Source: a virus
Lineage: Duplodnaviria; Caudoviricetes
Virus record (IMG/VR): IMGVR_UViG_3300044806_000237
Span: 1-48,844 of that record
Strand: one strand, 5' to 3'
DNA: 48,844 bases
This document shows positions 19,984 to 29,001 of the stretch, one piece after another (position 1 is the first letter of the stretch; the number at the start of each line of letters is the position of its first letter). The notes under the pieces are model-generated. The model did not search any database and was not told the DNA's origin. It saw nothing but the letters and a program-made list of their open reading frames with translations. A program made the translations under genes and the position numbers.

Positions 19984-21946
19984 TTGGACCATTCCCCCCG
20001 CCCATTGGTGGCAATTGCTGACGAGGAGGACGACGAGCGCGAGCGTTAGCGTCCGCCATCTGGCCGTCAAAGAAACCTCGCTGGCCTACGTTCACTGGCC
20101 CGCCCGGCTGTTTGCCGTTTGCAATGTCGTCCATTTTCTTGATCCAGTTATTTGGAATTGCACCGGCCGCAAAAACGTCAAGAATTTTGACATACATGAC
20201 AGTTGCTTTGAACATCATATGAAACGCATCAGTCAGCAAAACAACAACTTCCGTCAATGCAATCAACCCGACATTCAAAGCCCCGTCAGTAATTGGCCTG
20301 AGAGCCGCTTCGAGCTTATCCAGCGCTCGCATGAAGTTCGCCCCGGACTCTGACAACGTTCTTGCCGTTCCGATGTCTCGCATCATTCGCGAAACGTCCA
20401 ATTGAGCTTTCGCAGCTGACAACCGCCCGTCAAATTGCGAGACCCGCAACGCTGTCTCATACCCTTGCATTCCGAGTTTGTACAAAGCATTTGCCGCGAT
20501 CGCTGCGACCGCAATTACAGCAACGAAAGCAGCAACGACGCCAGCAGCAGCAAGACCGACGCCCATTGCAGCCCCGCCAGCACCTTGGCCAGCAGCAGAC
20601 ATTCCGCCGCCGCCAGCTGCGCCCGCTCCTCCACCACCTCCGAAGATTCCTCCGAACATGCCGCCAATTCGTGATCCGATTCCGCCGCCAGCCCCGCCCG
20701 ATCCAACTGCACCACCGCCAGAGACCGCACCGCCACCACCGGACGCCCCAGATCCTCCTCCGAAGAGTCCACCGAACATTCCTCCGGTTCGCGAGCCAAT
20801 GCCGCCTGCGCCGCCTGCACCTGAAGTCGCACCATTCCCAGCACCACCAATGCCACCCCCGCCAGCACCACCAGCCCCGCGAAGTATTCGTTTTCCATTT
20901 GCCAGCCTGCCTCTCAATGCCCTGGAGCTCAAAGCCTTTCGACCAATTCGACCAATCGACCGCTTCGCAAATCCCCGCGCAGAATTCGCCAGAGAAGACG
21001 ATTGAAACCAATCCTCTCCCTCTCTCCGGCCGCTGTTTTTCTGGTCTGATTTTCCCTCTCGATCGATCGCACGAAACATTACCGCCGACTTCGCCAACAT
21101 CTGGTCGAATGATCGAGAAATACTGCTCATCATTCCTGCTGAGCTTCCGGAATTTCCAGAATCAGCAGACAAAGGAATTTGCGAAGAATCATCCCCGGTC
21201 ATCTTTGCCGGCGATACCGTGAACTGATTTCTGAATCGACCAAACATCCCGCGAACAGAATCGGCAATGGATGAAGACTGAAGCCATGATTCAGATTTTC
21301 CCGTAGAGCTTTCGACGGAGTCGCTACCATCAGCATCATTGCCAGCCCCGCCAGTTGCACCACCAGCAATACCGCCACCAGCAGCACCAGAAGAAATTGA
21401 GCCAATCAAGCCCTTCATCCGGTTAAAGAAACCTTCCGCCGGCTTGCTCGACTTCACATCCCTATCAGCATCAACAACCGTTCGAGCCATTCCAGAAACG
21501 GCTTTGTCGAGCTTCCCGGTATTTCCTGTGAATTCGCCTATCGCCTTTCCGGCCGTTGCGATTTGCTTCACAATCTGAGAAGCAGAATTTGCCATTTGGC
21601 CAACAACATTGGCATCATCGGCTATCGTGGTCCGGCGTGATCTTTCGGCCGAAGAGGATGAGGTTCCAGCGCTATCCGGACCATCGTCATTGATCCCGTT
21701 TCCATTTCCGCCACCACCGCCACCAGACGACTGAACACCGGAAATTCCGGCTTGGGCCTGCATGGCGTTAACGACTTCCGGGGAACGGATATTTTTGACC
21801 GCCGCAGAAATATCCTGGAAGAACCCGATCGTGTTCGTTTGCGGATCCCGCAACGGCCGCCGATTCATTGTTGGTTCGATCCGCTGGGCCACCTTTTCGG
21901 CCGACTTCTGGAGAACGCGATTCAGAATGTCATCGAGACTATCCAT
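19973..21946 (-). CDS. Tape-measure-like protein
   Basis: Ala/Gly/Ser-rich helical protein with hydrophobic segments, directly after the frameshifting chaperone pair. Confidence 0.65.
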   Translation of the reverse strand: MDSLDDILNRVLQKSAEKVAQRIEPTMNRRPLRDPQTNTIGFFQDISAAVKNIRSPEVVNAMQAQAGISGVQSSGGGGGGNGNGINDDGPDSAGTSSSSAERSRRTTIADDANVVGQMANSASQIVKQIATAGKAIGEFTGNTGKLDKAVSGMARTVVDADRDVKSSKPAEGFFNRMKGLIGSISSGAAGGGIAGGATGGAGNDADGSDSVESSTGKSESWLQSSSIADSVRGMFGRFRNQFTVSPAKMTGDDSSQIPLSADSGNSGSSAGMMSSISRSFDQMLAKSAVMFRAIDREGKSDQKNSGRREGEDWFQSSSLANSARGFAKRSIGRIGRKALSSRALRGRLANGKRILRGAGGAGGGGIGGAGNGATSGAGGAGGIGSRTGGMFGGLFGGGSGASGGGGAVSGGGAVGSGGAGGGIGSRIGGMFGGIFGGGGGAGAAGGGGMSAAGQGAGGAAMGVGLAAAGVVAAFVAVIAVAAIAANALYKLGMQGYETALRVSQFDGRLSAAKAQLDVSRMMRDIGTARTLSESGANFMRALDKLEAALRPITDGALNVGLIALTEVVVLLTDAFHMMFKATVMYVKILDVFAAGAIPNNWIKKMDDIANGKQPGGPVNVGQRGFFDGQMADANARARRPPRQQLPPMGGGNGPNAN

Positions 21947-22211
21947 TCTTTTTCGCTTTCTCTAATTCGATCTTAGCCAACATTGCCTGGACCTGCATTT
22001 CGTTTTCGCAGATCGCTCTTAAGAAATCCTCAGAGGCACCGCCAATCGCCGCTCCAATTCCAACGGAAACGGGCAACGATTGAACAAATGTTATTCGGGT
22101 GGAGTTGAGGTAGAGGCCGAATTTCCGTTCGTATCGCTCGCGTCTGGTAAGCCAGCATCCTGAGTTGATTGATCCGTTGTAAATCCCGACGATATCAGAC
22201 TCGATGCGCCA
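21939..22211 (-). CDS. -1 frameshift extension of the tail assembly chaperone (gpT-equivalent)
   Basis: The -1 frame is open for 90 sense codons (WRIESDIVGIYNG...ELEKAKKNG*) from the A9 run at 22212-22220 to TAG at 21939, overlapping the TMP start. Confidence 0.75.
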   Translation of the reverse strand, partial: WRIESDIVGIYNGSINSGCWLTRRERYERKFGLYLNSTRITFVQSLPVSVGIGAAIGGASEDFLRAICENEMQVQAMLAKIELEKAKKNG

Positions 22212-22543
22212 TTTTTTTTTACTCGTTCAGTGAATCCCATGAACTCCATGACCAGCTGAACGCATTCCAGTTCCGTCAATCCGCCGCTTTCAAAAGCCGG
22301 GACTTCGAAGATTTCCCGAACACCCTCAGCGATATGGCTGATTGTAGTCGTGACAATTTTCGGATCAGGAAACTTGAGCTTCTTCAAATCCTCGTCAATG
22401 TCGAATTTGTCAGTGTTTATCAACTTCCGAAGCAGAACAAACGGATCGGAAGAGACAAACTTCGATCCATTCCACCACCGGAACAACATCCGATGTTTGT
22501 TCAGGATTCGACCAAAGAACCAGTTTTTGAAGAAGTCAAACAT
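22091..22543 (-). CDS. Tail assembly chaperone (gpG-equivalent)
   Basis: Between tail tube and tape measure; contains the slippery sequence GTA AAA AAA AAT. Confidence 0.7.
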   Translation of the reverse strand: MFDFFKNWFFGRILNKHRMLFRWWNGSKFVSSDPFVLLRKLINTDKFDIDEDLKKLKFPDPKIVTTTISHIAEGVREIFEVPAFESGGLTELECVQLVMEFMGFTERVKKNGASSLISSGFTTDQSTQDAGLPDASDTNGNSASTSTPPE

Positions 22544-22621
22544 GTTCAGCCAGCCAGACAGATTCAGGGATTCAGCAATTCAACAATTCAACCATGCACA
22601 ATACATGCATGTTACAAACAA

Positions 22622-23188
22622 TTACACAGTCACGCGATTGTAAAGAACGACATCGGAACTCACCAGCCCTTGATATGCTTTCAGCGTCAAGTTGGCTCGA
22701 GAGTACCGCGTTCCCAGGTTGTAGCTCACCGCGCTATGCACAGAGCAGAACGGGAAATTCATCGGAGACATCAATTCAATTGCTGGAACTGATGCAACAA
22801 TTGCCGCCGCATCGATGACGCCCTGAAGCAGACAGCGAAGCAAATTTCCGTTTGCAAATCCAAGCGTGCCCGGAGTGATAATCTTTCCGGGAGCCGCAAC
22901 GATAGTTGAATTCCCCGGCATACGGCTTTCAAGATGCCGCATGTATTCAGCGTTGAACTCAACAAGGTTCAGACGAATTTCCGCTTCCAATCCAAGAATC
23001 TGCTTTTCGATCGCTGGGCCCTGCTCGCCGCCGTAGCGGTCAGACTTAACCTCGATCATGAATTCATTGATTGTGACTTCGCACCCGTCGGAGGTGTATC
23101 CGAGATTCACAAGGCCGGAGACGCCGGAGATCCCTGAAATCTTGACAGGAACAGCACCAGGAACATTCACTTTTACAGAACTGGCCAT
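22622..23188 (-). CDS. Major tail tube protein
   Basis: 188 aa; LGYTSDGCEVTINEFMIEVKSDRYG motif typical of tail tubes; lies before the chaperone. Confidence 0.7.
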   Translation of the reverse strand: MASSVKVNVPGAVPVKISGISGVSGLVNLGYTSDGCEVTINEFMIEVKSDRYGGEQGPAIEKQILGLEAEIRLNLVEFNAEYMRHLESRMPGNSTIVAAPGKIITPGTLGFANGNLLRCLLQGVIDAAAIVASVPAIELMSPMNFPFCSVHSAVSYNLGTRYSRANLTLKAYQGLVSSDVVLYNRVTV

Positions 23189-23700
23189 TAGTAATTTCTC
23201 CCCTCGGGATAAACTCGACTCGGAAAGTATCGGGACCGATCGCGAACCATGTTCAGTCTCGCGGTTTCCCCAAGCGTCGCGCCGTCAATCGCCGGTCGCG
23301 TTGCGGAAGTGTCAGCATCTTCGTTTGCAAGGATTGCGTGCCCATCCTGTAGGGCTTCCAGCCAGTATTTGTGTATTGTGTTGTGCCGTTCCATGTCTTC
23401 CAAAGACAAGTCGGGCCGTCGGCCAATCAGGTTGACCATCGCTAATTCTGTGATAATTCGCACCAAGAACTTGCGAGCCGAGCCAGTCAGTTCATTCAGC
23501 GATTCAACACTGTAGCGACCAAAGGCCGCTAATTTCGCAACAACTTCACCCTCAGCATCTTCCAGAGCTTCAATCACTTTTGGGTGGTTCTGAACTGCAG
23601 ACTCAGCAACGGGTGAACCACTGTCAGAAATGAGGTCCGCGATCGTGCGAACGTCCTTTCTGGCAATCAGGTCAGCACCGGTGATGAGTGTTGCAGCCAT
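23188..23700 (-). CDS. Head-tail adaptor (Mu gp36/DUF1320-like)
   Basis: IEALEDAEGEVVAKL..GRYS and ..KYWLEALQDG pattern of Mu gp36-like adaptors. Confidence 0.7.
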   Translation of the reverse strand: MAATLITGADLIARKDVRTIADLISDSGSPVAESAVQNHPKVIEALEDAEGEVVAKLAAFGRYSVESLNELTGSARKFLVRIITELAMVNLIGRRPDLSLEDMERHNTIHKYWLEALQDGHAILANEDADTSATRPAIDGATLGETARLNMVRDRSRYFPSRVYPEGRNY

Positions 23701-23718
23701 TGGATTCAGGTCTCAGGT

Positions 23719-24049
23719 TTCAGTTTTCCAGATACAAAATCAACCACAGTCAAATTTGACTACTTGCCTTCTGGGCGTTTATCCAAGCCTTTTTCGGCCA
23801 GAATTGCAGCAAGGTCATCGACGTGCAAACAATCACACAGACAGGCAGTAGTGAGAGGATTCTGGATCGGGGCAATGCTGCCATTGCAGTGATCGTTGCC
23901 TGGTTTCGCGTCGTACAAAACCCCGATCGCCTGCACGTTTGCGGACGATCCGTAGCCGCCAATTTGAATGATCTTGTCACCGTTCTTTGCTTCACGGCCG
24001 TTTCGATAATGCATTGAAATCTCCAAACTTCAGTTTTCCAGATACAAAA
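23719..24049. repeat. 21-bp exact direct repeat TTCAGTTTTCCAGATACAAAA (23719-23739 and 24029-24049) flanking a small gene
   Basis: Read directly from the sequence. Confidence 0.9.
23760..24026 (-). CDS. Small hypothetical phage protein (MHYRNGREAKNGD...), moron-like insert
   Basis: ORF enclosed by the 21-bp direct repeats; C-terminal CLCDCLHVDD. Confidence 0.6.
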   Translation of the reverse strand: MEISMHYRNGREAKNGDKIIQIGGYGSSANVQAIGVLYDAKPGNDHCNGSIAPIQNPLTTACLCDCLHVDDLAAILAEKGLDKRPEGK

Positions 24050-24073
24050 AAAGCCCGCCCATGAAGGACGGGC
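24046..24073 (-). terminator. Rho-independent terminator
   Basis: Minus strand GCCCGTCC-TTCAT-GGGCGGGC followed by T7. Confidence 0.75.
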
Positions 24074-24095
24074 AACCGGTATCAACCGGGCAGAA

Positions 24096-24491
24096 TCAGT
24101 TTCCTTCGAGTGCCGAAACCCGAGCTTCCAGGGCCGCAATTCGCTCAATCATCGTCGGAGCCGGTTTTGGTTCCGCAAATGGTGAGTGATCGAATCCACC
24201 GCCGGCCTTGACGACTTCCTCAATGGCTTCAACTGCAGCTGCAATTTCAACCACAGGTTCAACGGCCGGAGAGGAAGGAGCATCCGGCGCGACAGGCTCA
24301 ACAGTCTCAGAAGATTCCGGAGAAGCAGAATCACCTGCTGGCTCATCGGCCGGAGAAAGAGCAGAGGCACTTGCATCATCGGAGACGGCTGGCTGGTCGA
24401 TCGCCGCTGATGTAGTTGCCTCAGTTTCAATTGCTTCAGGAGCCACTTCAGTGACTTCGGAAACAGGAGTAGTATTTGCTTTCTTCGCCAT
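24096..24491 (-). CDS. Acidic low-complexity protein downstream of the major capsid gene
   Basis: Ala/Glu/Pro/Ser-rich with a C-terminal coiled coil (IERIAALEARVSALE). Confidence 0.55.
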   Translation of the reverse strand: MAKKANTTPVSEVTEVAPEAIETEATTSAAIDQPAVSDDASASALSPADEPAGDSASPESSETVEPVAPDAPSSPAVEPVVEIAAAVEAIEEVVKAGGGFDHSPFAEPKPAPTMIERIAALEARVSALEGN

Positions 24492-24582
24492 GATCAATTC
24501 ACTTTCAATCAACAAAACAATTCAACAAGGGAAAGGCCAGCCAGCCAAAGACAAGGCAAAGACAAGGCAAAGCCAACAAAAA

Positions 24583-25626
24583 TCAGATCGCGTTGCCGAA
24601 GATGATGCCCGTTACAGGGGCAGTCATGACATACGCCCAGTTTTCGGAAACAGCACCGTCAACCAGTTTGTTCCAGGTGTCCGTCTTCGCTTCAATGTTC
24701 ATTTCTTCGTGAGCGAAGCAAGTAATCGTCGAGAACGAAGGAGCACCGTATTTGCCTTCAATTCCACCCGGACGGGCAGTAATGAACGGCGTATCTCCGG
24801 GCAGAACGTAGCTTGAAGCAAACGTTGCACCTGGCTTGCTGGTCACTCGAACCGTGTCTTCAATGACCAGTTCAAGGCCAAACAAAAACTTCGGCAGATC
24901 GTAGTCAATATTCGGGTTGTCGTTCATCGCTTCGCCCTTCAAGCTCGCCAATGCGAACGGGCTCTTTGCGATGAAGTCAACGACTTCCTGGCATTCTGAA
25001 ATTTGCTGAGCACAGTCAGGGCCGATAACCAGCTGCAAATCTTTCTTCTTCACAGCGCCAAGGGTGTCCTTATGGACCAACTTGACCGCAGCATTGATCG
25101 ACTTGCGAATCGTACCGCGTGCAACAGTTGACGCCCCCCATCGGCTGGAGTCACCGGAAATGCTTGTCACATCAAGTTGATGAGACGAAGCGTAGTTTCC
25201 AGTCGTCGTGGCAACTGCGATCGCTCGCGTTGCACGATGAGTCATAGCTTTTTGTTGCTGAATGCGTGAATGTCGCTCAACATTGTCCCAGCTTGCATTG
25301 TCAACGCCCAATTGGCCGAGCGTGAAACCGAAGTTCTTTCGGCGAGTAATGTAGCTCAAGAATTCATGTTCTGCCGTGCCGTCGATACCAGACGGACGAG
25401 GAGCCCCATCCGGCCAGTCAACTTCAAGGCCAGTCGCTGAAATGCGACCAGCAGCCGCAATATCCAAATTCAGGTAAAGGCCAACCGTCGGAGCATCGGC
25501 GACAACCTGAGTATATCGATTCACCGGGAAGCTGGAGGGCTTGCGGGCGAAGTCGATAATCAGGGAGCGTTTTTGTTCGAATGTTGGAACAAAGGTGTTA
25601 TTTCCACCTGGGTGTACCATCGTCAT
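24583..25626 (-). CDS. Major capsid protein (HK97 fold)
   Basis: 347 aa after protease and decoration genes; LVIGPD...LPKFLFGLELVI pattern and terminal ...VMTAPVTGIIFGNAI typical of Mu-like/gpE-like MCPs. Confidence 0.75.
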   Translation of the reverse strand: MTMVHPGGNNTFVPTFEQKRSLIIDFARKPSSFPVNRYTQVVADAPTVGLYLNLDIAAAGRISATGLEVDWPDGAPRPSGIDGTAEHEFLSYITRRKNFGFTLGQLGVDNASWDNVERHSRIQQQKAMTHRATRAIAVATTTGNYASSHQLDVTSISGDSSRWGASTVARGTIRKSINAAVKLVHKDTLGAVKKKDLQLVIGPDCAQQISECQEVVDFIAKSPFALASLKGEAMNDNPNIDYDLPKFLFGLELVIEDTVRVTSKPGATFASSYVLPGDTPFITARPGGIEGKYGAPSFSTITCFAHEEMNIEAKTDTWNKLVDGAVSENWAYVMTAPVTGIIFGNAI

Positions 25627-25738
25627 GGCTGGAATCCTTAAAAGTCAGATATTCAAAAAATGAGTGTGTTTTCGTGGTCCTATGTCACATCCCAGCCAGA
25701 TGCATGTGACATAGACGATTCAGTTTTCAGGGTTCAGA

Positions 25739-26143
25739 TCAGGCAAGAATGCCAGAAATCGGGGTAACGCGGATGTATTCACCAGCAGCACCAGATTCGT
25801 CGGCGATGGCACCGTAATACTTGCCAGTCGTGCAAGTAATTCCCTTGCCGTCTGCGTCAGGCATCAGCAAAGCAGCGCGAGTGACGCCACCAGAGCCAAC
25901 CTGCAACCAGACAGTTGAATCATGACCCTCGCCAGACATACCAGGCTGATGAACCTGAATCAGTCCACCGGAAGTTCCAGCCGCACTGGCCGCACCAACC
26001 AAGGGAGCAACCTCAGCCCATCGCTGAGAAATACCACATGGAAATGAATCAGCATCAGCCTGCAAAACAGTGAAGTCTGCAGCCGTACTGCGCTTCACAA
26101 ACCGAGCAGGTTCGATTGTCCCACCACACGCAAAACTCTTCAT
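25739..26143 (-). CDS. Capsid cement/decoration protein (DUF2190-like)
   Basis: GGTIEPARFVK, LMPDADGKG and GAAGEYIRV motifs; between protease and MCP. Confidence 0.7.
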   Translation of the reverse strand: MKSFACGGTIEPARFVKRSTAADFTVLQADADSFPCGISQRWAEVAPLVGAASAAGTSGGLIQVHQPGMSGEGHDSTVWLQVGSGGVTRAALLMPDADGKGITCTTGKYYGAIADESGAAGEYIRVTPISGILA

Positions 26144-26228
26144 TGTTCAAACTCCAGATCGGCGAGAAACACTATCAGAAAACGGCTTCAATCAGCCGAC
26201 GATTTTCACTGTCAGATTGCTTGAGCAA

Positions 26229-27935
26229 TCAGCTTTTGGCAGGAAATGACTTGTTGTTGCGAATGTAAAGTTCCTTCGCATCCGCATATGAAACGTCAAA
26301 TTCAATGCAGTATTTTTCGATCTTTGGCAGATCGAATTTCGGATCAATTGAACTCTCAGACTTCTCCGGGCCTGACTTGCCCTTGCCAGTCGATGAGACA
26401 TCAACGCCATCCGACAGAGCCGCATAGTCCGGCATATTGGTCAGCGTTCGCTGATAGTTGTCAGTGATGATCTGGACGTGAGCATCAAACTGTTCTGGCG
26501 AGTAGCCAGCAGTCCGCTGAAGTTCAACGTCAGGCTTCAGGATGAAATCGCTGGACAGCTTTTCGAGTCGCGAATAGCGCTCAATGCGAGTCTTTTCGCC
26601 GTCGATTTCCGCAATCTTTGCCAAGGCATCGGCAAGCTGTTTTCGAAGCTGAGCGTTTGCGTCCATCACATCACGAAGATCGCGTGAATACTTGTCTTTG
26701 TCATTTTCCTGCATTGGATTAGTTCCATCTTTAGGAGGAAACGGAGGAGCACCAGCCGCCGGAGCAGCAGGGGCAGGATTTTGAGGAGCCACCGGAGGAA
26801 CCGGAGGAACCGGAGCACTTGGGACGGCCGGAGAGGAAGGGGCCGCTTGCGCTGGCATCCCACCACCGGCCGCCGCTGGATTCGGCTGATTTGGATCTTG
26901 ACCCGGTTGACCAGCACCGGGAACCGGAGCAGTTGGATCAGGAGGAATCTCGTTCGGAATTGCAGGGTTCGGCATTCCCGACTGACCAGACTGCCGCATC
27001 AGACCAAGCAGAAACTGCTGAGGCTGAGTTTCCATGAACACTTCAAGGAACTCCTCAAGTGTCATATCACCAAGTTTCGTTCCTTCACCGCCAGAGTTTG
27101 GTGACTGAACGTGAGTCGGTGAATTTGCGGAATACGAATCGGCCATTGGTTTTCGCCCGTCGGGAGACGCCTTGAACGATGGAACGAACGTATTCGAGCC
27201 GCCCGGAAAGACAGCTGAGTAACATTCAACAAATACCGGAGATTCATCCGCGTTTCGTCGCGAGTAATGCGCCGGAGGTAGATTCAGTCGAGGCATTTCC
27301 TCGCCGAGTGTTGCGATCGGATAAAAGAACCGATCCCGCATACGGGAGTAACGCCAAACTTCAGGAGACCGCCCGACTCGCTTTTTGAGTTCCGGAACAG
27401 CATCCTTCATGTGATATTCAGTACCAAAGATCGCCCATCGTGGATTCTTGCGACCGATCATCCCGAGCCGATAAGGACCGGCAAAGCCGAGCACTTCAGG
27501 CATTTGGCGTTCGCCATCCTTCGCGCCCGGCTTCTGCCCGGTATGGCCGCGAGTGATCGGAGAAAATTCGTCATGATCCAAGATTCGGTCATTCATGCCG
27601 TCAACCATTTCGGCGAGTTCATCGCGTCCATAGTGCTGGGCAGGAACTTCCTTGTCACCGATAGAATGTGCTGGCACAGTATGTTCGTGAAACATCGCAA
27701 CATTGTTCAGCCGCTGGTATTGATCTGGAGTGAACCGAGATTCAACCAATTCGCTAATCGTCGGATCGTCGCCACGGCATTCATCCCAGGTAGAGAAACA
27801 GGCTTTGTTTCGCTTCGAGGTGTCAGGCATTGATTCGGCCATCGCTTCATGGAAGCGAATTGCGAACTGAGGCTGAGTCTCGTTTTGCTCTGGGGTGATA
27901 GTGGAAATGATCATTGTTCTGTGAGTTCCGGACAC
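26229..27935 (-). CDS. Mu-like prohead protease/scaffold protein
   Basis: PITRGH..PEVLGF..RSPEV..IATLGEEMPRL protease-like N-terminal half, Pro-rich linker and C-terminal coiled-coil scaffold; true start may be ATG at about 27912. Confidence 0.65.
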   Translation of the reverse strand: MSGTHRTMIISTITPEQNETQPQFAIRFHEAMAESMPDTSKRNKACFSTWDECRGDDPTISELVESRFTPDQYQRLNNVAMFHEHTVPAHSIGDKEVPAQHYGRDELAEMVDGMNDRILDHDEFSPITRGHTGQKPGAKDGERQMPEVLGFAGPYRLGMIGRKNPRWAIFGTEYHMKDAVPELKKRVGRSPEVWRYSRMRDRFFYPIATLGEEMPRLNLPPAHYSRRNADESPVFVECYSAVFPGGSNTFVPSFKASPDGRKPMADSYSANSPTHVQSPNSGGEGTKLGDMTLEEFLEVFMETQPQQFLLGLMRQSGQSGMPNPAIPNEIPPDPTAPVPGAGQPGQDPNQPNPAAAGGGMPAQAAPSSPAVPSAPVPPVPPVAPQNPAPAAPAAGAPPFPPKDGTNPMQENDKDKYSRDLRDVMDANAQLRKQLADALAKIAEIDGEKTRIERYSRLEKLSSDFILKPDVELQRTAGYSPEQFDAHVQIITDNYQRTLTNMPDYAALSDGVDVSSTGKGKSGPEKSESSIDPKFDLPKIEKYCIEFDVSYADAKELYIRNNKSFPAKS

Positions 27936-27940
27936 AAACG

Positions 27941-27981
27941 AAAAAAGCCCCGTCGAGGCGTCATACCTCGACGGGGCTTTT
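27941..27981 (-). terminator. Strong (possibly bidirectional) intrinsic terminator just upstream of the protease gene
   Basis: 16-bp perfect stem AAAAGCCCCGTCGAGG / CCTCGACGGGGCTTTT, 7-nt loop, T-tracts on both strands. Confidence 0.85.
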
Positions 27982-28070
27982 GCTGACCGTCATGTCATTC
28001 TGATTCAGATTTCAGAGCACTTGCGGGGAAGAATGAAATCATTCATGTTCCATGCATGTGACATCCAAGT

Positions 28071-28400
28071 TCACAGATGTTGAATTAATTCCGTTCGAGT
28101 GTCAACAACATCACCAAGAAAAAAAGAATAAGTCACAGAAATTTCTGCATCCTCGTTCGGGAGACCGTCTTTCGGTAGGTCTTTTTCCATGTCGCGAATT
28201 TTGTCGGCCGGGAGGAGGAGCTTGGCGCGGTCCGTGACTGGCTCCCGATTGAGCACAGGGCAATTGAGAATTTTTATCGTTCCTCGCCTGCAAACTGAGT
28301 TGCGATAGCAGACACGACATTCCACGATTCCCGTGAATTTTTTGCGTTCGCTGCGTCCTATAGTAGCGGTTGAACGCTGGGTGAAGAGTTGCCAATCCAT
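28071..28400 (-). CDS. Hypothetical protein
   Basis: Tightly packed co-oriented ORF with CRVC. Confidence 0.5.
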   Translation of the reverse strand: MDWQLFTQRSTATIGRSERKKFTGIVECRVCYRNSVCRRGTIKILNCPVLNREPVTDRAKLLLPADKIRDMEKDLPKDGLPNEDAEISVTYSFFLGDVVDTRTELIQHL

Positions 28401-28401
28401 T

Positions 28402-28653
28402 TTATGCGGACGCCTTTTCTCGACTCAGCACCCCCCGAGTTCCCTTGAATCCATAGCCAACCCGAGATCCGTACACGATATGCTTTTGAGTTGGATCAAA
28501 GGCAGCTGTCAGTTGGTGCAATTGCTCTGAGCTAATAATCCGCTCGCCATACGCACGACAAAGAATCCTGCTGATTTGCCGATTCCAAAGTTTGTGCGTC
28601 AGTTTCAAAATCAATGTCTGCAACATGGTAGAACCCTCAGTGTAAAGACTCAA
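28402..28653 (-). CDS. Hypothetical protein
   Basis: Overlapping start/stop in the operon. Confidence 0.5.
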   Translation of the reverse strand: MSLYTEGSTMLQTLILKLTHKLWNRQISRILCRAYGERIISSEQLHQLTAAFDPTQKHIVYGSRVGYGFKGTRGVLSREKASA

Positions 28654-28964
28654 TTCCCCTCACCCGGCCGAAACTTGCCAACCATTATTCCACGCTGACC
28701 CAAATACTCCTGAATCATCAGAGTCAAACTCTCGACCGCCTTTGTATTCCGCGTGAAGGTGACGATCATCAACCTATTCGTGATGCCAATTTGCTTCCAG
28801 CAGCTTTGGCAAACAGGTATCAGCGTCACATTATCAGGCAAAAATGGCGGGCAAACCTGCAAACATGCCGCACACCGGTATGTGTGGCCCGTGAGATTGG
28901 GCGCACCATGCTTGACTTTATTCGGATTGTGGGAATCCGGACCATGATTGAGGCTGCCAGCCAT
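28650..28964 (-). CDS. Small Zn-finger protein
   Basis: CAAC...CQSC pairs. Confidence 0.5.
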   Translation of the reverse strand: MAGSLNHGPDSHNPNKVKHGAPNLTGHTYRCAACLQVCPPFLPDNVTLIPVCQSCWKQIGITNRLMIVTFTRNTKAVESLTLMIQEYLGQRGIMVGKFRPGEGN

Positions 28965-29001
28965 TGTCGATAACCCTCAGCCATCATGGCAAGTTCCGTG
29001 A

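Noticed and set aside
11498-20070. Diversity-generating retroelement or invertible tail-fibre cassette
   Set aside because: No reverse transcriptase, invertase, or template/variable repeat pair seen by eye
20362-21222. Pro-rich and Gln-rich plus-strand ORFs (20478-21005, 20362-21222)
   Set aside because: Antisense shadows of the Gly/Ala-rich tape measure gene
22622-23700. Contractile (Mu-like myovirus) tail
   Set aside because: The head genes are Mu-like, but no sheath or baseplate wedge gene and no transposase are recognisable
23750-24148. 132-aa minus-strand ORF
   Set aside because: Runs across a terminator and overlaps two better-supported genes
24545-24575. Short tandem repeat CAAAGACAAGG after the MCP gene, and (GGCTGA)4 at about 43309-43330
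   Set aside because: Simple slippage repeats with no evidence of function
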